A stretch of DNA of 64,000 nucleotides from Heteronotia binoei (GCF_032191835.1 NC_083239.1:35340001-35404000), one strand, 5' to 3'; numbered from the stretch's first letter, positions 36,904 to 49,632 are shown. Notes: generated by a model not told the origin, from the sequence alone. Translations and numbers: made by a program.

Positions 36904-38807
36904 GCATCTATACCCAAGCCCTTTATCCATCTATGGTACAGTTGATGATTGATACAATTAGGCAAAATCTAATTAATATTATTTACAACCTCTATGTTCT
37001 ACATCTTAAACTCAATAAAGCTAAATCAGTATCTATTTGGTGTTCTGACCACTGGATCTACTATAGCACAACAACCGGGGCTTATTTTGTAGCAGGAATG
37101 CCTTTGCATATTGGGTCACACACCCCTGGTGTAGCCAATCCTTCAAGAGCTTACAGGTCTCTTATTACAGGGCCTACTGTAAGTTCTTGGAGGACTGGCT
37201 ACATCACGGGAGTGTGGCCTAATATGCAAAGGAGTTCCTCCTACAAAAAAAAAAGTCTTGACAACAACTAATAATTAAACACAAAATGGAGTATAGATCC
37301 GGAGCCAGTCGTGGCATTGCCTTGTAAGTGTGTGCTTGTGCTGTGGCCACAGGCTAATTCATTGATGAATTAGGGTGGCAGTGGGGAGTGTCCTGCAGTT
37401 CTGTTAGTATATGAGCACTGTGTTACTTTCACCTGCTCTCTTTTTTCCCCAACTGACATCTTTTTCCCTTCATCTAGCCACAGACTTTTTTGTTCCAACA
37501 ACCACAATAAGAGCTGATCATTTGGATATTTAAGTGGTGGGGCCTGGAGAGGGTGGGGTTTGAGGAGGGATATGATCTTAGACAGGTAAGAACACAACAT
37601 AAGAGAAGCCATAAGGAATCAGTCCAATACTCAGTGTCACACAGTGGTGAACTCCCCCCCCCCCAAAAAAACCAAACACATGTGCCATCAGGAGGTCCAT
37701 CAGTGGGGCCAGGACACACCAACTGGTCCCCACCCCCCCTGCCGCCAAGCACCAAGTATACAGAGCATCACTTCTCCAGACAAAGAATACACCAAGAATA
37801 CACCACCACCTCCTGTGGCAAATGCCATTTCCTACTGGAGATCACTCACATTTACAACTGCTCTCTAGATGGCAGAGATCAGCTCCCCTTGAGGTGTGTG
37901 TGTGTGGGGGGGGGGAGTCAGTGCCTTCACATGGGTGGGTGGGAAGACAGCAAGGCTGGGGGGCACTTGCCCAGAGCCTCTTTCTAGATTCTATTGTATT
38001 TTTATTCACAATGGCCCTTACTCCTAGTTTATTCATAAAACTGGTGCTTTAAATTTTTGCTACAGACCCTCTATGCAGATACTATCCAGACCCTAAGAAA
38101 TGTGAGAAAGGTTAGTGCCATTTTAATCTTATTTTATTCAATAATTGGACAACCACCTCCTTAATTTGTTTAAATTTTCTCCCAGCACATTTTGAGGATC
38201 CTGGAGAACCAGGTGTGATTACTTCTCTGCTCATAACAATTAGTAAGGAAATACAGGCTGCAATCACACACACTAAATAATGAACTTTCAATCCATTTTC
38301 AAAGCACTTCCAACTGGATTTTACTATGTGAACTAGCAGTTGGAAAGTGCATTGAAAGTGTACTTTAGGGTATGTGATCGCAGCCACAGTTGTCATTGAT
38401 GGAGGGATTACATAATTTTCCTGTTCTTCAGGGCAACTTTATTGGAAGTGATGCCAAATGTATGATTTGTTGTGTGTAGGTTCCTTGAGGGAGTTTTAGA
38501 TGCAGGATAAAAATGCCGCCAGGTGTATTGCTTTCATAACATAGAATAACAGAAATATAATTCTCCTCTTTGTTGGAAGAACATAAAGAAATATTGTGAA
38601 GGAGAAAAATGATGAAGTGGTTCAGTCATTTTGTGCTTGGTTCAACTAAGGATAGCTCTTTTTTTCATGCAGCTGACTTTGCTGATGGTCTTCAGAGTGA
38701 AGAGAGAAAAGGCCATTGAAGCTAGGAATGGACATGTTCAGGTCAGCCCCTGGTCCTCAACTCTATGGTTCCTTAGCTTTGCCATATTCCCACCTAATCA
38801 TACACAT

Positions 38808-39093
38808 GGGCTGTTTTCGCACTGACCTTAATCAGCAGCGATGCCCCTCTTCACCGCGCAGGATCGGCGCGGATTTCACACTAATTGCCGCGGAGCACCC
38901 GGAAGAGCCAGAAAGTCCCGCGGCTTTTGCGGCGCAAATGGAAACCGCCAAAAACCAGTTTCCATTTGCGCCGCAAAAGCTGCGGGACTTTCCGGCTCTT
39001 CCGAGTGCTCCGCGGCAATTAGTGCGTATCCGCGCCGATCCTGCGCAGTGAAGAGGGGCGTCGCTGCTGATTAAGGTCAGTGCGAAAACGCCC
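38808..39093. mobile_element. Near-perfect palindromic CpG-rich MITE with GGGC termini (Harbinger-like)
   Basis: gggctgttttcgcactgaccttaatcagcagc... pairs with ...gctgctgattaaggtcagtgcgaaaacgccc along almost its whole length. Confidence 0.75.
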
Positions 39094-39627
39094 ATGGAGA
39101 AGTGCCATGACTTGGAGAAGATGATCAATTGATCCATGTGTCTATCCTCTTTAAAAAGAAGTTTGCGTTATGGGCACTGGAGAGAGGTCCATAGGGATTC
39201 CAAACCATTCACTATTTAAAAAATATACCCAACTTTTTTTTTTCTTTGTAGTCAAAAGGGTCCATCCCAAAAAACTGATACAAGTGAGAGTGCTAATGCT
39301 AATAGTGGCAATTCCACCTTCTAAATGCCCTCTAACTTATTAAATTCTGCATCCAATCAACTTTGAACTCCGCTGCCCCCTTTCAGTTGTGGTAGTGACA
39401 ATCTATAGAACATATAATTCAAAAAGTCTTTCTCTACACCCACCCCACTGGCTGGCCTTTAGCACTCTCAACTCATGCATCTATAGACAGCTGTGGTTTA
39501 GAAATATTCACGTTTCTGGAATGGCAGGAATTGGTACTAGGTCCTAAGAAGAGGCATAAATAACATGGATAAAGGAAACATTAGTAATGATTCTTGGTCC
39601 TTTTGCATAATACCATCAGTCGTTTCT

Positions 39628-39892
39628 AGAGGCACAGAGTGGTAAAACTGCAGGACTGCAGTCTGAGCTCTCTGCTCACGACCTGAGTTTGATCCTGGTG
39701 GAAGCTGGGTTCAGGAAGCCAGTTCAAGGTTGACTCAGCCTTCCAGCTTGCTGGGGGGGGGGGAAGTGTAGACAACTGGGGAAGGCAATGGCAAACCACG
39801 CCATAAAAAGTCTTCTGTGAAAACACTGTGATGCGACGTCACCCCAGAGTCAGAAATAACTGGTGCTTGCACAGGGGACTACCTTTACCTTG
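39628..39892 (+). mobile_element. Sauria-type SINE
   Basis: Same family as 12965-13243. Confidence 0.75.
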
Positions 39893-42800
39893 TCACTAAA
39901 AAGGGGATCCTTTCAGAAAATGCAGAGAACAGGGATTTAATCTGGGGACCTGTCAGAAAAATCTGATGAGTGCACTGGCATTCTTCAGTTCCTCCTCCAG
40001 AGAGTTCTAGCCCCTTATTGACTTCAGTTCCTCCTCCAGAGAGTTCTAGCCCCTCTCTGTATACCTCTTTCTTCACTCTTCTTACATTTTATGGAATGTA
40101 AGCCACCCTAAGCCTGCTTCAGCAGGTAGGGTGGGATACAGGCCACATGAGTGAGTGAATGAATGAATGAATGAATGAATGAATGAAATAGTGACTTGGA
40201 AATACATTTATGAAAAAAATGCATTTTGGGGGTAGGGTTGCCAGGTCCAATTCAAGAAATATCTGGGGACTTCGGGGGTGGAGCTAGGAGCAAGTTTGTA
40301 TCAAGCATAATTGAACTCCAAAGGGAATTCTGACCATCATATTTAAAGGGACTGCACACCTTTTAAATACCTTCCTTCCTCTGGAAATAATGTATAGGGG
40401 GACCTCCTTTTGGGGCTCATAGAATTTGACCCCCTTGTCCAATCTTTTTGAAACTTGGAGAGACTTTTGAGGAGAGGCATCAGATGCTATGCTGATAATT
40501 TGGTGCCTCTACCTCAAATAACAGCCCCACAAAGCTCCAGATACTCACAGATCAATTCTCCATTATACCCTATGGGAATAATGGAGTGCCCAGCAGAAAT
40601 TTCCTTCCCCACCTTGCCTTCTAATGACACTGAAGTGGGGGGAGGACTTCCAAACTGGGAGATCTCCTGCCCCACCTGGAGATTGGTAACCCTATTCAGG
40701 GGGCAGAGGTGTAACCTGAGTAAAACCTTTACCACGAGGGCTAAAATTTTTTTATCTAAGGGCAAAGAACAGGCAAAAAAGTTCAATTACCAGCCTCATC
40801 CTAGCTACCGTTTAGGACAATCTAATGGGTCCAACTAGAGAAAATAGGAAGGTCCCATCTCCCCCTCCCCCCCAGGAGGGAACAGAGATTTGGAGGAAAT
40901 GATGACAAGAAAGACTTCAGGAAGAAAGTCCTGGAGATTTCAGGGAAAAGTCTTTTTAATCCAGCCTGACATACAGGTCTGGGGCTGGGGTGCCTGCCCC
41001 CCTAGGTCAATCCCTGATCTCCACCCCCCAAGTGTTTACTTCACGTGTGCAAAGCACAAGCGTGCTGATGACACCATAATGACATCATCATTTCTGCCAC
41101 CGCCGAGCCCAACGCAGATCCTGCTGCCCCCAGAGATGCCTGCGTGCGGCTGAGCGCAGCTGGCTGAGGCTGGGTGGCTGCAGGAGGTTCTATGAAGTCC
41201 AGCATGTCTAGAAAAGCATGCAAGCTCACACTTTGAATAGAACTTCGTTGGTTTTAAAGGTGTCACTTTGTTCTGTTCCTTTAAGCTTCTGTTAAAGGAG
41301 CAAGACGCCTTCCCCCAAGTTCGTTAGCAAACCTACCTCTATCTTTCTTCACTCGTAATGAGTGGGATCCCCCTGAGAGAACATATACAACCTATGCTTT
41401 ACCAGCTGCACTGGCTACAGAATGAGTACCAAATCAGATTCAAAGTTCTGGTACTCATCTTTAAAGCCCTAAATGGTCTAGGACCATAGTAGCTGCAGGG
41501 CCACCTCTCCATATATACCTCTCAGAGACCTTTATGCTCATCTAGTAACAATTTATTTCCAGTCCTTGGACCCAGAATGGTCCAGCTGTCCTTAACCAGG
41601 GTCAGGAACATTTTGGCTGTGGCCCCAACCTGATGGAACTCTCTGCCCAATGAAATTTGAGCCCTGCAGGATTTGGATCAGTTCTGCAGGGCTTGCAAGA
41701 CTGCCATGTTCCACCGAGTCTATGATTGGAGACAGTGGTGGCTAAAAATATCACCTGACCTCCCCATTGTTGGACTGTGATTCTCACTGTATTGGCTGAC
41801 CTCTTTGTTATTCACTTCTGAAGGTTTGTTAGATTGCCAACTGAAATGGTTTGATTGATTAGTTCCTACATTTTAATCTGTAATGTTGCTTTTTTTGATA
41901 TTGATTATATTGTTGTTGATTATATAGTTGTTCAGTTGTTGGAAGCCATCCTGAGCCATACTTGGTGAGGAAGGGAGTGGGATGAAAATTGAATAAATAA
42001 ATAAATAAATAATGAAATGTCCAACAGATGCCCTATTTTGACACTGACCCAGCCCATATCTGCATGGTTGCAGCAAGGTTGCCATATCAACCTTTTCCTA
42101 TACAATTATGGGCTGTTTTAGCCTTAGCCTTTCATCCTTTGGTGCTTTCTGATGATTCCTACATTCTCAAACAACCCATGCCTTTAACAATTATGATATA
42201 CCGTAACTATGGGGACAGTATGAAGCATGTGAAAAACATTCCCTCTGGCAATTGATCTGAAGAAATGGAGGGGAGAAATTCCACCTCAGTTTGTATAAGA
42301 AGTAATCAGTCTCTTGCTGACCCATGCTGATAGATCCAAGTGGGCAGCCATGTTGGTCTGAAGTAGTTGAACAAAGCAGGAGTCAAGTTGCAGCTTTAAG
42401 ACCAGCCAAGTTTTATTCAGAACGTAAGCTTTTGTGTGCTCTCTAAGCACACTTCATCTCAATGCACAGCAGCCAAGAAGGTCAGAGCGCCTGCTCCAGC
42501 TGCAACGCCACTGAGGATGTTCTCCGCAGCTGAGAACAAAACGTCTGGAAGGAAAACTTTCTCCAGTAGAACACAGCACTTGAGCCCGAAAGATTCTACA
42601 AACCCTAATGATGTTACCAGCTGTGAAAACCTGAACCCAATGAACAGTCTTTAAAATGTGCTAAAGTTCTGCTTTCTAGATATGGGGAGCAGTCTCTCTC
42701 CTTGAGAGGGGGTGGAGGTGCCAATCCAGCAACAGTCACTGTCCTCAAGCAAATGCCTGGTGGAACATCTCTCCTTTACAGGCCTTGTGGAATTATAAAA

Positions 42801-43937
42801 GATCCCACAGGTCCCTGATGTCTTTCAGCAGAGAGTTCCATCAGGTCTGGGCCAAGACTGAGAATGTCCTAGCCCTCACTGAGAACAGTTGGACTCCTTT
42901 AGGACTGGGGATCACTAGTAGACTTCTACCAGTAGAGTGTAATGCTCTTCCAGGAACATAGAGGAGGAGGTGGTCCTATAGATACATTGGTCCCAGACCA
43001 CTCAAGGTCTTAAAGGTCATAACCAAAATCTTGAATTTAACTTAGTGCTCAACGAGAAGTCAGTGTCGCTGGCGCAGCACAGGTAGAACGTGTGCTGTCC
43101 ATGGCATTCCTGTTAGGACTCGCACTGGACCCATTGGAGTTTCCGGGTTAAAGCCAAGGGTAGGCCAGAGTATAGCGAGTTACAGTAGTCTAGTCTGGAG
43201 GTGACCTTTGCATGGATTATTGGTTATTCATCTCTGAAGGTTTGTTAGGGTGCCAAATGATACGATTTGATTGATTAGTTTCTAAATTTTAATCTGTAAA
43301 CTTTGGTTTTAAACTGTGATGTTGATTTTATTCTTGTTCAGTTGTTGGAAGCTGCCCTGAGCCCTACTTGTTGAGGAAAGGATTGTTATAAAAATCAAAT
43401 AAAAAGTAATGAAATTCCCAGCAGATGCCCCATTCTGACACTGACCCAGCTCATATCTACATGGTTGCAACAAGGTTGCTATATCAACCTTTTCCTAGCC
43501 TATTATGGGCTGTATGAGGCCTAGCCTTTCATTCTTGGTGCTTTCTGATCATTCCTATATGCTAAAAAAAACCCTGTATTTCTGCCTTTACTAATAGTGG
43601 CATAACCCTGGGGACAGGGAGCGGGCAAGCTCGGAGCAGGTGCTGCGACGACCCGCATCCATAGCAGCGACGGACTGCAAACGCAGTCGGCTCCACTTCC
43701 TCCACCTTCGGACGCCTGCCAGCAGCAAAAGCTGGCTCATTCTTGGCTGTCTTCCCGGACACACCGATAACAGCACGCTGCCCGGCCGACACCCCCGGAC
43801 AGCTCACGGCCGCAATTCTCTCTTGGAAGTCAAGCAGGTGGGCACAGACGTATTCCACGGTCAGGGTCGCTACGTCCACCGTCTCCAGAGAAGTTATGGA
43901 GACGGTGGACGTAGCGACCCCTCCCTCCCCGACAGAG

Positions 43938-44313
43938 TGAGGGAGATGACTTGCCCGACACAGGGCTTCAGGAAAGAAAATCAGGCAGACACGTGCAACT
44001 AGTGCCAAAAGGTGTATTAACATATATACACGACAAGTGCTCTCTTGTGCAGTCTATACAATATCACCTCCACGGACAAAGTGCTTCGCCTAACCACCAT
44101 CTCACAGGGAGAGACCTGTGTGATGCACACACAGATCATATATAGTCCAAGCAGCCAATCCTGGCCGTGCTGACTCAGCAGATTGCATCACTTGGCTTCT
44201 GCCGGCTCAAGCCGGTCTGCTGATCAGGTCACTGTGACCTAGCCTGGCAGCTAGATCACCAGCTGTCATACTGTAGCTGTCAGACTGGGTTTATGTAGAT
44301 TCTTGCTCCAACA
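43938..44313 (-). mobile_element. Copia 3' LTR (376 bp, lacking the outer ~22 bp), preceded on the minus strand by a PPT-like agattaggaggtg
   Basis: Appears identical by eye to 47259-47634. Confidence 0.9.
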
Positions 44314-44398
44314 CACCTCCTAATCTATTTAAACCCAGTGCACCATAACACTTTACACAGTTTACATACATGTCCACCAGCAACATTACAGTTCATAT

Positions 44399-47059
44399 TT
44401 ACGTAGCTCGGAACCCTTTCCGGAATTCGTTCAGGAACTCATCATGATTGTAAAACACATCATCGTGTTCCTGTTCAGCCAGCTCTTTCAGACGCTTGGC
44501 TTCAGCCTCCTTCTCCCTTGCCTCGCACTCTGCCACCCAGGCTTTCCATTTCTTAGCCTTTTCTTTTAACATTTCCTCAAATCCGGGTGGGTCTGGATTG
44601 ACAGTCAGAGTGACATAGGGACACTTGTACCTAGCGGGACGTTGGCCTTTGGTGGACCTGGCAGACACCCGTGGCCCTGTGCTTGGACCAGCTTTGTCTT
44701 CTTCGGGTTGCTCTGTTCCCACCTCCTGGGCTGGTTGCTCTGCCCCTGTAATTGGGTGTTGAACCTCCTGACTCTCACACTTTACCTCCAGTTCCTGCAT
44801 TTGAGGCTCTGCCTCCTGACTCTGCTCGTCGGGCTCTGTGCCAGCATTCGGCTCACCTTCTCCAGCCCCACTGGGTGCCACCTCCTGGGCTGGAGTTCTG
44901 GGCTGCGCTCCAACATCGTTATCGCTACTTGGCAGCAGGACAAATTGTTTCTGCAAGGAGTGCAACCTTGGCCAGCTGCTTTCTTCATTGAACTGGGCAC
45001 TCTTACTAAGTGTTATCTTGCTTTTGCTATTGCAGAAACGATAACACCTGGCCCTTGGCTTGTAGCCCAGAAAAATTAGGCTCTCTGCCCGGACATCCCC
45101 CTCCCCGCTACTCGTGGAGTGGATGCCAACCCGAGCCCGTGACCCAAAGACTTTTAAAGAACTCAAATCTGGGGTCTTGTTCAACAGTAACCTGTAAGGC
45201 ACATTTTTCACAGTATTACACCAAACCCTATTTTGCAAAAAAACAGCTGCATGTATGGTTTCTGCCCAATAGGTCATTGGCAGTTGTGCATCCTCTAACA
45301 TGCAATACATCACATTCTGCAATACAGCCCCATGCCCATTTTCTCGGGGCGTTGCCGGGTTCGTCAGACGGTGGGCGATGCCCTTGTTCTCCAGCCAACG
45401 TTTCATCTGGTTAGATAAGAATTCCCCCCCTCTGTCGGTTTGTACAGCCAGGAGATTAACCCCTAATTGTCTCTCCACTGCTTTGACCCACTTGGTGAAT
45501 GTCTTATACACCTCAGACTTATGCACCATGGTGAAAACCCACGCGTACCTCGTGTGGTCGTCGGTGGCCACCAAGCAGTATCTCCTCCCCGACAGACTCT
45601 TTGGCAATGGGCCAATAACGTCTAAATGGACTAGTTCCAGGGCTCGTGTGCTTTCCCTTGAGCTTTCTTTAGCAACAGCACACGCCTTGCTTTTGGTCTT
45701 CTTGCAGACCTGGCAATCCAAGTAACATTTGCAAGGATTTACTTTCAAACTAGGCACAAGCTCCAGGGTTTTCTTTAACGCCCTAAATCCGCAGTGCCCA
45801 AGTCTCCTATGGAGCAAATGTATACAATTATTGTGCACAGGCTCATTCGACACCTGAGCCACCTGGGCACAATCACTCTGGACCACATACAGTTTACCTT
45901 CCCTCTTTCCTGTCACAAGCAACTTTCCCCCACCTCCCAGGATTTTGCAGCAGGTTTTCTCAAATCTCACCTGGTATCCCTGGTCAAACAGTGTGCTAAC
46001 ACTCAACAGGTTAGACTGCAGTGAGGGTACATACAACACATTTTGCAACATACATTTCAGTGCAGGAAATTCCACATTGCCTGAGCAAACAGAATTGGCA
46101 GTGGTCCCATCAGCCAATCTCACATACTTATGCTCAGGACTGTCAATGTTTTTCAACAACTCCTTCTCGCAGCAGAGATGGCTCGTTGCCCCGGAGTCTA
46201 AAATCCAAGCAGACCCTGTGCTCTCTACTGCAGACGTGACCAGCCGGGTTGCTTCCTCACACGGGCTGGCGGTCCTCCGCTCTCGCCGCACACGCCCCCG
46301 CCTCTTCTCCCTCTCAGGGCAAGCTCGGAGCAGGTGCTGCGACGACCCGCATCCATAGCAGCGACGGACTGCAAACGCAGTCGGCTCCACTTCCTCCACC
46401 TTCGGACGCCTGCCAGCAGCAAAAGCTGGCTCATTCTTGGCTGTCTTCCCGGACACACCGATAACAGCACGCTGCCTGGCCGACACCCCCGGACAGCTCA
46501 CGGCCGCAATTCTCTCTTGGAAGTCAAGCAGGTGGGCACAGACGTATTCCATGGTCAGGGTCGCTACGTCCACCGTCTCCAGAGAAGTTATCAGGGGAGT
46601 GTACTCAGGTGGCAACGACGACAGCAAAATGTACACTCTGTCGTCTGGAGCTACAGTCTTGCCTCTTGCCTCCAGCTCAACGAAACAGTCCGTTAGCCGT
46701 TTGATGTGATCTTTCACACACCCTCCAGCCGGCATAACGGTGCGGAACATCCTCCTTGTCAAGGCCATGAGGGAACCAGCAGTGGTGCTAACATGCACCG
46801 CACTCAACGCGTCCCAGGCAGCCTTGGGAGTGTCCTTCCCTCGCACATAAACCAGCTGGTCATCTCCTATAGACAGCACTATGTTGGCCAGTGCCTTATC
46901 CGATAACACAGTCTCGGCAGGAGATAAGTCAGCAGGGGGGTTACTCACGAACAGCCATTGCCCTTCACGCTTGAGGTAGTGTTGCATTCTCAGGCTCCAC
47001 ACCGCGTAGTTGGCTGAGGTGAGCTTCTCAACGGCTACTCCAAGCTGTTGCTGAGCCAT
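44399..47059 (-). CDS. Ty1/copia gag-protease-integrase polyprotein (886 aa) without RT/RNase H
   Basis: CYGCGSSQHLLRAC knuckle, WILDSGATSH protease, GKLY, HRRLGH...CQVC, LVHLDVIGP, QTDRGGEF; no YVDD motif. Confidence 0.95.
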   Translation of the reverse strand: MAQQQLGVAVEKLTSANYAVWSLRMQHYLKREGQWLFVSNPPADLSPAETVLSDKALANIVLSIGDDQLVYVRGKDTPKAAWDALSAVHVSTTAGSLMALTRRMFRTVMPAGGCVKDHIKRLTDCFVELEARGKTVAPDDRVYILLSSLPPEYTPLITSLETVDVATLTMEYVCAHLLDFQERIAAVSCPGVSARQRAVIGVSGKTAKNEPAFAAGRRPKVEEVEPTAFAVRRCYGCGSSQHLLRACPEREKRRGRVRRERRTASPCEEATRLVTSAVESTGSAWILDSGATSHLCCEKELLKNIDSPEHKYVRLADGTTANSVCSGNVEFPALKCMLQNVLYVPSLQSNLLSVSTLFDQGYQVRFEKTCCKILGGGGKLLVTGKREGKLYVVQSDCAQVAQVSNEPVHNNCIHLLHRRLGHCGFRALKKTLELVPSLKVNPCKCYLDCQVCKKTKSKACAVAKESSRESTRALELVHLDVIGPLPKSLSGRRYCLVATDDHTRYAWVFTMVHKSEVYKTFTKWVKAVERQLGVNLLAVQTDRGGEFLSNQMKRWLENKGIAHRLTNPATPRENGHGAVLQNVMYCMLEDAQLPMTYWAETIHAAVFLQNRVWCNTVKNVPYRLLLNKTPDLSSLKVFGSRARVGIHSTSSGEGDVRAESLIFLGYKPRARCYRFCNSKSKITLSKSAQFNEESSWPRLHSLQKQFVLLPSSDNDVGAQPRTPAQEVAPSGAGEGEPNAGTEPDEQSQEAEPQMQELEVKCESQEVQHPITGAEQPAQEVGTEQPEEDKAGPSTGPRVSARSTKGQRPARYKCPYVTLTVNPDPPGFEEMLKEKAKKWKAWVAECEAREKEAEAKRLKELAEQEHDDVFYNHDEFLNEFRKGFRAT

Positions 47060-47236
47060 CGTGCCGACTCCTCCTCACGGCTGGCTGCCGACGTCCCTCT
47101 GGCTCTCAAACAGAGAACGGTGGTGCTTCTGTGTCCTTCACCGGCGTTCCTCGCCTCCGGCTCTTTCCAAACTCACAGTCAGCTCAACTCTCAACTCTCT
47201 CCTCCGCGCAGCGGAACCGCCCTGGGCCCATAACCC

Positions 47237-47634
47237 TGTCGGAGCGGGAGTAGCAGAGTGAGGGAGATGACTTGCCCGACACAGGGCTTCAGGAAAGAAA
47301 ATCAGGCAGACACGTGCAACTAGTGCCAAAAGGTGTATTAACATATATACACGACAAGTGCTCTCTTGTGCAGTCTATACAATATCACCTCCACGGACAA
47401 AGTGCTTCGCCTAACCACCATCTCACAGGGAGAGACCTGTGTGATGCACACACAGATCATATATAGTCCAAGCAGCCAATCCTGGCCGTGCTGACTCAGC
47501 AGATTGCATCACTTGGCTTCTGCCGGCTCAAGCCGGTCTGCTGATCAGGTCACTGTGACCTAGCCTGGCAGCTAGATCACCAGCTGTCATACTGTAGCTG
47601 TCAGACTGGGTTTATGTAGATTCTTGCTCCAACA
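47237..47634 (-). mobile_element. Copia 5' LTR (398 bp, TGTTGG...CCGACA) followed by ggttatgggcccagg PBS-type motif (47221-47235)
   Basis: TG...CA termini and the characteristic copia post-LTR motif. Confidence 0.9.
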
Positions 47635-47929
47635 GTATGAGGCCTAGCCTTTCATTCTTGGTGCTTTCTGATCATTCCTATATGCTAAAAAAAACCCTGT
47701 ATTTCTGCCTTTACTAATAGTGGCATAACCCTGGGGACAGTATGAAGCAGGTGAAAAACATTCCCTCTAACTGCTGATGTGAAGAGCTGGAGGGGGGAAA
47801 TTCCTCCTCAGTTTGCACAAGAAGTAGCCAGTCCCTTGGTTACCCATATTGAGTTAACTGATCTTGTTCCACTAATGGTAATAATAAGGCCATTAAAAAA
47901 AAGCACACACACACACCATTTCAGTGCAC

Positions 47930-48270
47930 TTGCAATTTTTTATATTTTATTTTTGCAAAGCTTTTGGCATTATCCCAGGCAATAGAAGGACAGTTCTTCT
48001 CATCCTCAGCCTTTTTGTTATAGACGAAACAAAATCAGTAAGTGTAATAAAATTTGTCTAAATTGTACTACTTTGATTGGTGGTTTTCCATGTTAATTTT
48101 ATAGGGTTAAAGGGATAGCATAGAAGACATATCAGCAAGGCATCGTCATCGTGGTCCGGCATCGTCATCATGTTCCAGTATCTTCAGTCAGGCATCTTCT
48201 TTAATTGATTTGAAGAGGAAAGAACAGGTATCAGGAGAAGCATCTCAAGGAACTAGAGCTCAAATCTTTA
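47930..48270 (-). other. Candidate non-coding terminal exon of the Thr-rich gene (AATAAA at 47946-47951)
   Basis: Acceptor ttacttacctactttcttag|TAA...; downstream polyA signal. Confidence 0.35.
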
Positions 48271-49632
48271 CTAAGAAAGTAGGTAAGTAATTTACCACAG
48301 ACTAGGGAAAGGACTCTGCTAAAGGTAAGTACTTTCAGATTCTACTTATATCAGAGCACATCCTTTCTTCCATTCATTAAAATAAGCTTGGAAATTATTC
48401 AGCATTCCTAGGCTGCATAACATCTTTCTCCTCATCAACACTATGTACTACAGGAATTTATAAAAAATGTTGTTCCCGCCATCATTTTTTGAGTTCTGAG
48501 AGTTTAATGGTTGCCACAGGAAGTGGGACCCATGACAAAATGGCTGCCCTGAAAGCTTTTACATCACACAGTGACAGTGTGGTGAATCCAACCACTTTGT
48601 ATGATGCCTTTCTCTAACTTAAGGGGAGTTCCTCAAACTTAGATGGCTGTCCCTCCAATGCAAGACACATTTCAAACTTTCAAGGGAAAAATGCAGGAGG
48701 AAATGCTCTTTCTTTTTCAGTATGGTGGTAGGATAAGACGAAGGTCCACACCAGTAAGTTTGAAGGCAATTGTCTTCCCATGACAAAGGTAGCTGTTTGC
48801 CTGTTGACATGACCTCCAGATGCAAAAATGATACCTCAAGATTTCTCCAGAGGCATCTCTTTTTGGAGAATGTGGAGGAAACCCAGAATTGACTCTTTGG
48901 TTTGGAAAAGAGAAGTTGTTCATTTTCAGCTTCCAAAGGTAAGAAAGTTCCTTTGGAATGTAAATTCATTCTACTAAGGATAATATTTTCATCCAGCACC
49001 AGAAACCTTTACTGGGCCTATGCATTACACTGAAGAATATTTCCCAAACAACTCAGGAACCCACCCTGAGCCTGCATTGCGGGAAGGGCAGGACATAAGA
49101 ATGAATGAATGAATGAATGAATGAATGAATGGATGGATGGATGAATGAATGAATGAAAATACACATCAACACAAGAAATTTCCCTCACCACAAAACTTCA
49201 GTCAATTATCAAATAGTTGACTCCCCCATCCCTAATATTATTCATTGACATTTGCAGATACATTGAAAGTAAACTGAATAGAATGTGGTAGTGTTGTTCC
49301 TATTTCACACCATCAAGGGGAAAATGCAATAAAGTAAGGAAATTCTACTTGGGCTCATGAGTAGTTCCTACTCTCTTCAATGGGAACTGTGCCCTGTAAC
49401 AGTTTTCTACTGATCAGCTTTCTGAAATTCTCAGCTTATGAATTCCTCCTCATATTTGGCATATAAAATCATGGTGTTGTTTTATTTCAAAATTTCCAAC
49501 TTCATGGTGCTGATTTATTGTGTTTTTGTGGTTTCAGAGGCTCCTTGACCATTGTATTAAAAAGATGTTGAAGTCAAAGTTGTCACTGAGGTTTGTATAC
49601 ATAGAAAGAAATGATGGCGTAGAAATACTCAC

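Noticed and set aside
39982-40053. 33-bp tandem duplication (GLELSGGGTE twice on the minus strand)
   Set aside because: No convincing splice sites; an ordinary local duplication.
44642-46906. Plus-strand ORFs overlapping the copia ORF
   Set aside because: Shadow ORFs of a GC-rich coding strand.
48115-48330. Plus-strand exon(s) with GTAAGT donors (IEDISARHRHRG...)
   Set aside because: No usable in-frame acceptor, the two donors are only about 44 nt apart, and the minus-strand terminal-exon reading fits better.
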